Source: Phoronis australis (lineage: Eukaryota; Animalia; Phoronida). Taken from it: a stretch of 64,000 nucleotides of DNA. The notes under the pieces are model-generated. The model was not told where the DNA came from. It searched no databases and saw nothing but the letters and a program-made list of their open reading frames with translations. The position numbers and the translations under genes are program-made. The stretch's first letter is position 1. Each line of letters opens with the position of its first letter. Shown one piece after another: positions 15,101 through 25,992 of the stretch. The DNA lies in assembly GCA_002633005.1 (NCBI GenBank), contig NMRA01000076.1, positions 434,001-498,000 on the forward strand, given 5' to 3'.

Positions 15101-18100
15101 CTCATCTTTGAGTTTGTCGACCTGCTGCTGGGCTTGGTGGAGCCTCCGGCCGGCCGGTGTCCTGGGACAAGATAGCCAACATATCAGTGGAAGAGAACAA
15201 TAAGGTTTCCACTTTCTATCAGAGGTCACTCAGGGACATTGACACAGGATAACATAAGGAAGATGCCATTAGATAAGACCATGAGATTTACACTAACGTG
15301 CTAACAAAAGGAGTGTAATCATACCGGTACAACATATAGGCCCCGGGGTCTTATCTATGAGCTAGATTCTAAAAATCAACCAATTCCATGGAATGCTTTG
15401 AGTGAACTTACACATTTGCACTTCAATCTTGTCACGTGATTGGCTGAGCTTTGAGTCTGAGTAAGAGTCAAGTCTGGCTCAAAGCTTGAATTGACATGAC
15501 TAGCAAATACTAACATTTAACAGACACTGTTTTTTTCTTGAAAACATGTGAGAATATCTGATTCCAATAAAACTACACTTGCAGCAAGGACGGTTACTCA
15601 ACAAGCAGCAACACTGACAGTTGACTTACTCAGGGTCATCGAACCCGTCTGCCTGGTGTAGCCTCTCCGACATTCTCTCGTTCTCACTGACGAGGGCAGA
15701 TTTTTCATCTATTAATTGAGCAACCTGCAATGCAACAAACACTGGCATTAGCAACCAGCTCAAACAGCACACAGGGCAAATTATGAGTCCGAGTTTTCTG
15801 TCGTTAATTGCCAAGTTCAAGATATTATTCAAGTACTTTCCAGAACAACAGAATGAGCAGAACTGTAATCTCATAAATAAAAAGCGGATTTTTGAGAGAA
15901 GGCGCGGGTTTATTATTGTCCACTGATGACCCCACCTGGAATTCAACTCACCTGGAGATCCAGTTCATGACACCTCTGTGAGAACACTTCTTTTTCCTCC
16001 ATCACACTATTCAACTCATCCATGGCTCGTTTTAGCTACAACAAAGCAGACACAACGTCTATCTTACACGTTATAGTAAATGTGTAAATATCACAAGATG
16101 AATGTTAATTCATATGTTACTCTGCATAGAAATAATTGTGAAAAACGTTATTTTTCTATTTCTCTAACGCTCTTGACAATGTCGTAAGTAAGTTTTTGCT
16201 ATACCTAGTTTACATCATTTTACACAGTTCAAACCATGTTGTGATTGAAGTAGAATTCTTTCCTATTTATCTTTTTAGACACAAGCAAAAATAAAACTTA
16301 ACAAGTCACACATAGGTTGTGCTTAAAAAGTCACCAATTACAATAAACAATGAAAGATTGGATATGCACCGCACATTGGCAGGAGCAAAAAATTTGTCAA
16401 CTTGCATTTTCAAAAGTTAGAGGCAAAAATAAGCATGTGAGATCAAAACTTACTTCTCACCCAGCATATGTGTTTAACTCTAGTGAACCTACCTAAAATT
16501 GGGTGTATCAATACTTTTATTCACTGTCAGTAATCAATACTGCTTACCTGTTCCGATAATTCTGATAAACCTTCGCTGTTGTTCAAGGTAGGAGCTTCTT
16601 TAGTCATCAGCTGCAAAATATAAAACAAGTATACAGTGACAAGAGGGAAACATTTTTATCAGTTTGAGGGCAACCAAGAAAATGTCGAAGATAGGGAAAA
16701 TTTTTGGCAAAAAGTGTGAGTGTAAGGGAAGCGAGTTACAAGAAACGCAGAGCACAGTTCACTAGAGAGAATCGAGGTCCTCTGGTGGCATCCTCTGGTG
16801 GTAATAATCTAAAGCAGCGCTGTCCGCGGGAAAAGTGTTTTTCTGAGATCAGGCTCAATGTGGAATTAAACTCACAACTCCAGCAGTTGTAGTCCAATGC
16901 TTTGCTGGCAGAGACTAAACCCAAATCAATAATCACAGAGCACTTTAAGCGTATTTATCTGGTAGTCACAAGCTTTGATTTTAGCGAATGACTGGCACAA
17001 CAGCAAAAACTGGAGATTTGTAATAAATCACAAAAATGCAGCAATTCTGTTGTTTTACAGCTCTGGTCAAAACTAATAACTTCAAGAAGTCTATCCCATC
17101 CAACAATATTCCAAAAATGACTTTTGTGACCAAAAATGACTTTTGTGACCAAAAACCAATTATGTCCCTTTGACGTAGTCATAAATTGCCTTTTGAAAAC
17201 AGACCTTTTGTAAGATGCGAAACAAGGTATATTTTGTCCCACTTCTGTTTATGCCAAGGCGCAAACCAGTTATGACAAAGCAGGAGATAAAGACATCCCA
17301 CAATTCCATGTTTTTCCCTACCTCCTGTATGGCCGCCATGACAGAGTGCTGCACTGACTCTTCCAGCGCCATGATTCGCTGGATATACTCCTGCTTGTCC
17401 TCACAGTTGACTGCACAGCCCAGAATCAGCTGCAACAGACGACCCAACTCCGCTGTATCCACCATCTCTCCAATGGCTGCCACGTTGGGCATCTGGAAAT
17501 CCAGGATCTGTTGACCAAGTTCCTACAACAAAACCCAGATATTGCTACTCTGACGTATCCTAGCAACAGAGTCACCACAATTCTTAAATACAGTAGTTTT
17601 GAAAAAATTTGACGGACTTTTTAAAAATGTCTAGCTCCATCAAGTTATGGCACAAAAAGAAATAAATCGTGAAAAATTAACTATCAATTGAATACCATGC
17701 ACCGATATTTTGTCAACTTTTGACTAGCAGAGACTGCATGAACTTTTGGGAACTGTATGTTGTTAAATCCAAACTGACAAGATGAGAATAATCCGTTACA
17801 GAGTTTTATACACCTGTCTATAGGAACTAAATTTAGCAAACTAGAGCAATCGTCAGCGTAGTTATTCAAAAATTCTTACCTCATTATAAAAGGCCAGGAT
17901 TCCATTGAGTATTTTCTTGAGATTGCTCACCTGCAAACACATGCACAGTAATAAAACCACAAATTGTAAAAGTACAGCAAACAATATAAACTACGGTAAG
18001 ATGTGATAAATGTACGACAAAATAGGATGGACAAGCGATTTTTTTCATGAATGACAAGTGACACATAACGACACACGTCATCGTAATATGTTCAAACCTC

Positions 18101-21100
18101 AGCTACCATTACACAATAACTTCAGAAATTGTGGGCATTCCCAGCAACGTTAGAAACCTTTGAAAATGAGAATATTAACTTTAGCAAATATTTTTGTTGA
18201 AAATTGGTGAAGATCTTACAGTACAATTATTCGTAAATGTGCGTGTCAATGTACGGGAAGGNCACATTTTCTAAAATTTTTGAAAAATGTTGTTCTCCCT
18301 ACTAGCAGAGACAGCATGAACTTTTGGGAACTGTATGTTGTTAAATCCAAACTGACAAGATGAGAATAATCCGTTACAGAGTTTTACACACCTGTCTATT
18401 AGGAACTAAATTTAGCAAACTAGACCAATCGTCAGTGTAGTTATTCAAAAATGCTTACCTCATTATAAAAGGCCAGTATTCCATTGAGTATTTTCTTGAG
18501 ATTGCTCACCTGCAAACACATGCACAGTAATAAAACCACAAATTGTAAAAGTACAGCAAACCATATAAACTACGGTAAAATGTGATAAATGTACGACAAA
18601 ATAGGATGGACAAGCGATTTTTTTCATGAACGACAAGTGACACATAACAACACACGTCATCATAATTTGTTCAAACCTCAGCTACCATTACACAATAACT
18701 TCAGAAATTGTGGGCATTCCCAGCAACGTTAGAAACCTTTGAAAATGAGAATATTAACTTTAGCAAATATTTTTGTTGAAAATTGGTGAAGATCTTACAG
18801 TACAATTATTCGTAAATGTGCGTGTCAATGTACGGGAAGGAAACCAGAGTCATTCAGAAAACATACAATCCTGGGATGGCTATTCTTCAAGTTCATTATA
18901 ACCATAAAATCAACTTTTCACAGCAAAGTCTGAAAATTTCCTGTCTATTAATCTTTTTACTGCATAGATGACAAGAACAACAGAGAATTTCCTGTTTATC
19001 AACTTTTCATGACATAGATCACAATGAAATATGGGGAACTTCCATCACGTGGAATTTTGTAGAAACCATCTCTGACGACTGACAAAGACAATTGAAATCT
19101 GCTCCTTTCACTATTTCATGGACTGAGTCCTGATGTATACTTTTGATACAAAAGGAATTCCATAATTTCACACATCAATAAATTAAATTGTGCAAAGTAA
19201 TTGTGAAAATTTTCATTTTTCAATTTTTAAATTGCTGTTTACCTTCCTGCATATAATTGCAGCTTCACCAAACACCTTTGGACATCAACCTAATCACTTG
19301 CAAATAAAATTATCTGAACTATTACATTTCCGCACAGGTCGTGGTGACCTTGAATGAAAGTGACAGCATTACACTCCATCATTGTTCTACAATATTTGTT
19401 TACCAATCCTTACACACATGTCCCTCCATGTATTGGGCTTGAGCTGCTAACTGCCCCTTATCATGCTTGTTATCATGGGTTGATGTAAACTGTAGTCAAC
19501 TGAATGTAATCATATGGCTAAACACAGCTCAATACATAAGTATGTGAGACACACTTACATAAGTGGTGGATTAGAGGCTAATCTAGAAAAGTTAACTCCA
19601 AGGACAACTACACTGACCAGATAAAATTACTCAGCCGGAACTACACAAACTTTTATTTCTGAGATGTAGACTAGTGAGGTATATCACACAAGAAGTAAAA
19701 ATGTTAAAAGAAAAACAGAAACAATAAGTTAGCTTTTCGTTAAAAAACCAGATAACAGGTTGATCCTTAAAATTACTGATATTTCAATGACACACTCCAA
19801 TTATATATGTATGACAATCAACTTAGGCTCAATTGTCAGACCATGAGCAATAAAAGTGACGCTGTTTCCTGCTGCTTGAAGCGCATCACGCAGTCAAATA
19901 CTTTGTTCCCAGCATAGAACATCAGAACACATCAAATGATAATCAAGAAACCACATGCCAACAATGAATAACTTCTCGAACCAAGGCACAACAAGAACAT
20001 TATACAACGTCAAAACTCACTACGTTCAGACAAAAAATCTTCCCCAAGTTGCTCTACCAATTTTAGGAGACATAACATCGATGCACAGGGTAAAAGGTAT
20101 TAAGCAAAAAAAACCATGAAGTTGATGCTTTTAAGCATTTTCACTTACGAACATGAAAATGGTCAATAAAATTTCATTAGTTTCAAGAGCCACTCGTAAT
20201 GCCATTGGGTTAAAAACCATCCCAATGTTCATGCTGACTTTCATAAGTAAACCACATGATTAAGCAACAGTGCTGCTGGGTCAGAACCAATACACACTGC
20301 AGTGCTACTGGTGATACATAATGGCTTCCATACTGAAACCTATCATCAAGGGACAAGAGGATTTATCTCAACAGCTTTCTAATGAGTAGTAATTAGGTTG
20401 GACAATATGGAACCCAGATCAGGAGCTCAGATAAAGGGTACCACAATAAACCTCAGATCATGACACAGACTTGGGGTTGTGAAGGACAAGGAATCCAGAC
20501 GCACTAAATTTAAAATTGCTTGCTACCTAAATATGCACAACAAGAAAGATTAAGACAGTGAGAAATACTAAACTATCCATATTCAGATTATCAGAGATTT
20601 TATTTTGAGGATTTATATAAACATGGTCATGTTACTCATAACATTGTTTCGCTATGAATACACCTTTCTTTTTGATAAATTTTAATTAAAATATATGTTC
20701 AAGTGACCCAAATACACAGTCAAAAAATCAAAATCTGCAGGCTTTCTACTTTCAGAAAATATAGTACTTAAACTGAGTTGAAATTTATAACTTTGTACAT
20801 ACCTGTATTTGCTACAGTACACGGGTGTGTATTTATTAGAATCTGCATAAATCCTGTAGATTACTTATCAAATCAAGATGACCTCACATACAATCCCAGC
20901 AATTGTAAGTAAATAACCCCCCTCCCCTATTATCTACAGGAAATTAATTAACAGCAGTTGCCCTGTTTCTATCAACATCTCTGATACCACAATACAAATT
21001 CCATCATCACTGACCCCCATTGCAATCAGCATATGTAGAGATATAGAAAACTGATTTTACTAAATGTAACGGTATAATAGCGAGTCACCAATTCTCTGCA

Positions 21101-24100
21101 AGCCAGCAATCCCAAACCATCATTAGAATTCGAAGGCATCTCACATTCCATGACAATACCCTCACTAACACTAACAGCAGTTTACAAGCCACTTGTGTTA
21201 AAAAAATGCTGTCCAACACTTTAAGTTTAATAACACAATTAACAAATATAAACCACGCTTTGCTTTACATAAACCCTCTGCTACACAATTACTGTACAGC
21301 TCTATGTTCACACAGGCAGTTGATCCAACAGCAAGTTCACTTTAGGGCAACGTGACCCTTATCAACTGAGTGCAACAACCTGCCCTGATCAGGGTTTGTA
21401 ATGAGTAATGAAAAAGAAGAAAATTTTCCAGGAGATGTATTGTTACATAGTAGCCTTGAGTGATACAAATATTTGTTGTCGTAAAATTTAAGTGAAATAA
21501 ATGCTTTTGCATGAATAAAGTAAAAATAATGATAAAAAGACAAAAAGAGGAAACTGGGACTCAAATAAGATGAAAGTGAAACTAAAAAAGAGGAAATTCT
21601 CTTAACCAAACGATGAAAATTCCAACCACTATATGACATAAATGTGGCTCTGGGTGCATGACATGGATGGAAAGCCCTAATACACTCAAGTGCTTAGCTG
21701 ATAACTGTCTCAGTCCACACGCGGAAATTTGAGGTCTGAAAAATTGCTGGGATGCATTTTGCCCAACTCCGACAAGATGGAGCAAACTGTCACCGTCGTC
21801 AAATTGTACCAACTTAACTATTGTAGCACATGGCCACTTGCACCTGGTCATCTCGTTTCAAGGACAACCTCCACTATCGGGGAAGAGCTCGTGCGAACAC
21901 AACTTCTGCCTCTGACCTTAACTGTCATTGATGACCAAATTTCGTTAAAGACACGCGCCATGTTGCATAAAACAAACCCAAATAGAGACTCAACTAAGTT
22001 CCCAAATCTTTTGCATAATTGTGTCATTTTTTACTAAGAGATGTAATGTTTTTCCATCACGTTATCTGTGATATCAGCTCCTTTTTCACTAATTATAGTT
22101 TCTAATAACATAATAACAATCAACGAAAACTAACAAGGACTTAGTCACCGACTTATTTTCAATAAACATCGAATTCAATGAAGACTTCACTCTTGATTGA
22201 TATCAAAGACAAAGAATGACTCAGTAATGAAAGTAAAACAACTTAAGACCGGACAATCAGTGTTTCCACACTTCCACACATACACAGTGAATTTAGGGCA
22301 CTTGGTCGATTCCTTGTTGGGACTGTTCCATGCAACCAGGCACAGGAACTCTAAGTAATGTGTATTTGTCTTCTACATTTCGGATCCGAAAACAAGAAGT
22401 AAAGATTGTCTTACTTTCAGCCTCCAGTTATCCCCGCAGTCTGTTTTGATTTTCGACATCCACTCGTCTGTGAAAAAGTCTGGAGAACTAAATACAAAAT
22501 GAGAAAAAAATCGTACAGAGCAAGAAGCAAAGCTAATCATCCATGACACTACTGAAACATTTGCTGATCCCTGCATATAAAAAAGAAGTAAAACATCAGA
22601 TCAGAAGCATTCTTGATTTAAAGCTTTATAATCAACGCTCCATATCCGCACTTATTCAGAATACAGAAATATCCTGAGACTGCTATTTTACAAATTCAAA
22701 TAATCCAAGTTCATACCACCAGCTGTTTTGTTTCCATTTAGCACAATGTGTTTAATCAGTTTAATCAATTCCACGTTTAGTCTGTCTTCAAATCCAAACA
22801 TTATAATGGGCATAAATTTTAGATGGATAAAAATTTATCTTTCACAAACAAAAACCTCGTACATTTGCTGAAGAGCTTGCGCCATTGCTATGCCATCAGA
22901 CAGTTCCTCTGCCCTGTTACAGTCAGCATCCAGGTTAAATGTCCTCAGCTGCAAATAACAATAAACACATTAATTTAAACAGGCTGTTCCTGGGTTTCAT
23001 TGAACTGTAATCCAATATGTGAACTGGTCAACTCTCATTGCCAACTTGAGTGTATTGAAGAGACTACTGTTTAAATGCAAGGTAAAGGGGTTCACCCTGA
23101 GGAAAAATTCAAACACGGTGCAATTCCGCACCATGTTTTTGAGTCCTAATTTCCTTGCTGTTAAATCAGAAAAACAACAAGTTACACATTGTTTTCATTT
23201 GCTGGGCATGTCACTGTCATTTTTAATGCAAAACAATAAAATAAGCACCACTAGCAATGTCATTTGTCTTGCTCTGGCTTTTCAAACATGGCTTAAGATT
23301 TTGAACACGGCTCAAAGCTTTTCAAACATGACTCAGGCCTTTTCAAACATGGCTCAAGGCTTTTCAAACATGGCTCAGGGCATTTCAAACATGGCTCAGG
23401 GCTTTTAAAACAAGGCTCAGGGCTTTTCAAACATGGCTCAGGGGTTTTCAAACATGGCTCAAAATTTCTAAACATGGTGCAGGTGTAAGGACAACACTGC
23501 CTCGAAAAGAACTTATCTAGACTGTTGTTCATAGTTATATCATAGCATCACCTAGTGTTCGTCCCGGAATGCACTTTCATAGCATAAGAAACTAAATTTT
23601 ATCAAAAAATTGACGAATAGTTTAAGCGGCATTAAGCGCTGTTGGAATGTAAATATTCATCAATGAACCATATTTCTGGTTGATCTCAATTTCTTACTCG
23701 AGTGGGATGATTCGGCCAGTAAATGTGGAATACTGGAATAAACGCTGAACAACAAAAGCTTTTTTTAAACCAAGGTCCTATTCACAGCATTACTTACGTT
23801 CAAAGCAGTAATAATAAGACACAGACAATAGAAGTACTAGCGACTTGTTAAAACCAACTTGAACAATTGATAGTAGATGTATGGATGCCACACATAAACA
23901 AGAGTGAAACCAACATGGCTGTTGCACTCATGAACAGTTCTTCACAATAAACACAGCTTACAGAACAGATAAACTCAATTCGGTGACTGAAAAACCGGTG
24001 CCCGGATTCACAAACACAGTCCACCTTGTTTTGTGACTACTGCGGTGTTAAGCTGTCGGCGAGCCATGCTTCGGATTTGAAGTTCCAGCGGCAATTGTAT

Positions 24101-25620
24101 CTTTGCCAAACGGTTTGGATGCTCCACACTTATGCAGGAAATTTCAGTTCAGGTCTCGGTATCGAAGGATTTTTCAACATTGGTGCCCAAAAACACCGAT
24201 ATGTATATCATTACTAAGTGGCAGATGATGGTGCCAGCCGGGTAATAGTGAATCCAGAACAATGGCAGAGCCCAACTGAGGGCAAATTCCATAACATTGA
24301 GGAGAAGGCTAGATCTGTAGCCACGAGGCGCGCCTATTCCATAGAAGAGGAAGGAGTGCTGTATAACATCAAGTGACTTCTGAGCAGACCCATAAAGCCC
24401 TTCTAAGGCACTTTCCAAGTGGCAAATGCTTCTCAACCAAACAGTTTGGACGTTTGACTCTCACGTATGGTGTTAACCATAGGTCAATAGTCGGATAGGT
24501 GGATCCAGGCCTTTATGCAGCGGACGTCCTGGGCGTCCATTTGGCCCTAGCACTAATCTGGATGCCCTGGCAAGGACGCCCAATGTATCATTTGGACGCC
24601 CACTGTCAATAGGAACGTTTCAAGTTTGGACTCACGCATTGTAATGAATACTATGAAGCCTCTGAAGGCTCACAGTGGGAGCTCTTTTTTCAAAGCAGGA
24701 AGAAATATACACTGTATATACAAAGTATATGCATTGTTGCTATTTTGACACTTGATTGACAGCATTGTAAAAGTCTTGGTCTACACAGTTTTTTTAGTAA
24801 AAATGCTCACCATAGAAGGCTGTTTTATAAACTTAGATGTAAAAACCTTGATCTATGCATTTTTTTGTAAAAAATCTGTGTGTTTGGGGGTTTTGCTGGG
24901 GGTGGGGGGTTACGGGTCGGAATCATGGACGCCCTGGAATATTAGGAACCCCATTTTGGACACCCTATTTTCAAAATCCTGGATAAAGGCCTGGGTGGAT
25001 CCCTGATTTCCAATTGAAATGAGAACCAGTAACTACCACTGAGTAACGGGGGCTTATTTGATGAGAGTAATTGTTTCTCAATTCAGGGACCCATGTATCC
25101 AATTATTACCAAACCACAGTTTAAGTCTCGTTCAACTGTCACTTAGTGTTGACAGATTTTTTAACACGAAGGCCTTTGCCCTTGGCTTGAGGTATGGGCA
25201 AAACTCAAACAGACGGTCCTACCTCAAAATGGCTGCCGGGAACCAGTTTTCACTGAAAAATGGCCATTAGCATTATTGAATGAAACTGGTTCCCAGCAGT
25301 CTGAAGAGGGACTTCTCTACTGGACTTATATCGAGGTATGGCCTACAATACATCCAGATCCAAATCAATGTCTCACTTTTTCCTTCTCAAATGCTAGAAA
25401 TTTGCATATAATCTTTTCTGAAAGAGTAGAAGAAAATTCACCAATCGTACAGTCAGCATGTCAGGGTCAATGACTTACATATTGTTGAGCGTTATATTAA
25501 CAGGTGACTTTGACTTTGAGATAACTAACACAACAACAGTGATTGTCAACAATGAGAAAACTCGAGTTCTATTCAACTTACCCAGGTAATCAGGCTGTCA
25601 CACAGCGACTCACGATCCAT
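161..25620 (-). CDS. HOOK3: Hook microtubule-tethering protein (HOOK3-like dynein-dynactin activating adaptor), multi-exon, 3' end beyond the window
   Basis: GT-AG exons with consistent phases: 25582-25620 ([13 protein letters not shown]), 22863-22948 ([28 protein letters not shown]), 22415-22487 ([24 protein letters not shown]), 18459-18509 ([17 protein letters not shown]), 10215-10415 (..[23 protein letters not shown]..), 9379-9441, 8611-8694, 8251-8345, 7632-7776 ([17 protein letters not shown]), 6979-7105, 5746-5831, 3378-3542, 3003-3072, 836-914, 161-301 ([14 protein letters not shown]). Matches recalled human HOOK3 Hook domain and coiled coil. The symbol is nominal; invertebrates usually have a single Hook. 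Confidence 0.95.
1005..1405. repeat. 21-bp minisatellite (atggatgaaccactgaatcat)n in a HOOK intron
   Basis: About 18-19 degenerate tandem units; they produce the spurious HMDEPLN-repeat ORFs. Confidence 0.95.
1872..1949 (-). CDS. Candidate 78-nt cassette exon of HOOK ([26 protein letters not shown])
   Basis: Long polypyrimidine tract then ccag acceptor, AG|gttggt donor, phase 1-1, open in the HOOK frame between exons 3003-3072 and 836-914. Confidence 0.5.
5070..5235. mobile_element. ~165-bp MITE, CAG...CTG termini, 5-bp TSD GTAGC
   Basis: cagggtcggatcc...aaatctgccactg flanked by gtagc/gtagc. Allelic copy at 13105-13266 and independent copy at 62851-63004. Confidence 0.8.
5540..5768. repeat. 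~115-bp tandem duplication overlapping a HOOK exon 3' end
   Basis: gataagtccctttaagtacattaaac...ctagttcgacgg occurs twice; single in the second copy near 13570-13670. Confidence 0.85.
6325..6890. mobile_element. Non-autonomous DNA transposon (PIF/Harbinger-Tourist-like), insertion polymorphism
   Basis: TIRs gggctgttccagcaaaatctg / cagattttactggaacagccc, flanked by tag/taa; empty site (aataacagcttt) at ~14230 in the other copy. Confidence 0.8.
11150..17727. repeat. Large duplicate of 2331-10625 (probable uncollapsed haplotype)
   Basis: Begins immediately after a single N at 11149; colinear with scattered SNPs and indels. Confidence 0.9.
11822..17930 (-). CDS. HOOK3: Second copy of HOOK exons 4-13 (likely alternative haplotype)
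   Basis: Exons 17880-17930, 17322-17522, 16548-16610, 15952-16035, 15630-15724, 15017-15161, 14367-14493, 13654-13739, 12195-12359, 11822-11891. Same lengths and splice sites as the first copy; the only amino-acid difference I saw is GEVVD vs GEMVD. Confidence 0.9.
13105..13266. mobile_element. MITE, allelic copy of 5070-5235
   Basis: Same termini and GTAGC TSD. Confidence 0.8.
17722..18840. repeat. ~540-bp tandem duplicate containing HOOK exon 4, around an N junction
   Basis: 17722-18261 is near-identical to 18301-18840; N at 18262. Confidence 0.9.
23278..23478. repeat. 21-bp minisatellite (ttttcaaacatggctcagggc)n
   Basis: About 9-10 tandem units in HOOK intron 1. Confidence 0.95.
24506..24993. 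mobile_element. hAT-type non-autonomous element, 488 bp
   Basis: 11-bp TIR CAGGCCTTTAT/ATAAAGGCCTG, perfect 8-bp TSD GGTGGATC (24498-24505, 24994-25001). Confidence 0.92.
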
Positions 25621-25992
25621 CGCTGTTAGTTTAATTGAAACTACACTTTTCAAAGACGTTTCATGAGTTAAATATCGCAAAATGTTCAGATATTAGGAGG
25701 TCCTCCCACGAACCTGTTTGAAATATATCAAAATGGCTTCAAGTGCTAAAAAATAGGGATTTTAGTCGCAATTCCAAATAAAATACATTAATGTGCAAAA
25801 AAGGGAAAATTTGTAAAATTAAAAACAATTTCAAATTCTAAGTAAGACTAAATTAGATTAATATTACGATTATAAGTCTTTTCATTGTTTCTTTTATATC
25901 ACAAACTTGAGCCATCATATTTTCTAGTTAGACTTTTTGTCATGCGCCTTCGCTGTGATCGTGGCGCTTCCGGTTAATCAAAAGTTAGAAGC
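25621..25992. promoter_or_regulatory. Bidirectional promoter/5'UTR interval shared by HOOK and EEF1E1
   Basis: 372 bp between divergent ATGs; ETS-like cttccggt at ~25967-25974. Confidence 0.65.

Noticed and set aside
23019-23532. ORFs with FSNMAQG / PEPCLKS repeats resembling cornifin
   Set aside because: Translation of a 21-bp intronic minisatellite on both strands; no splice support.
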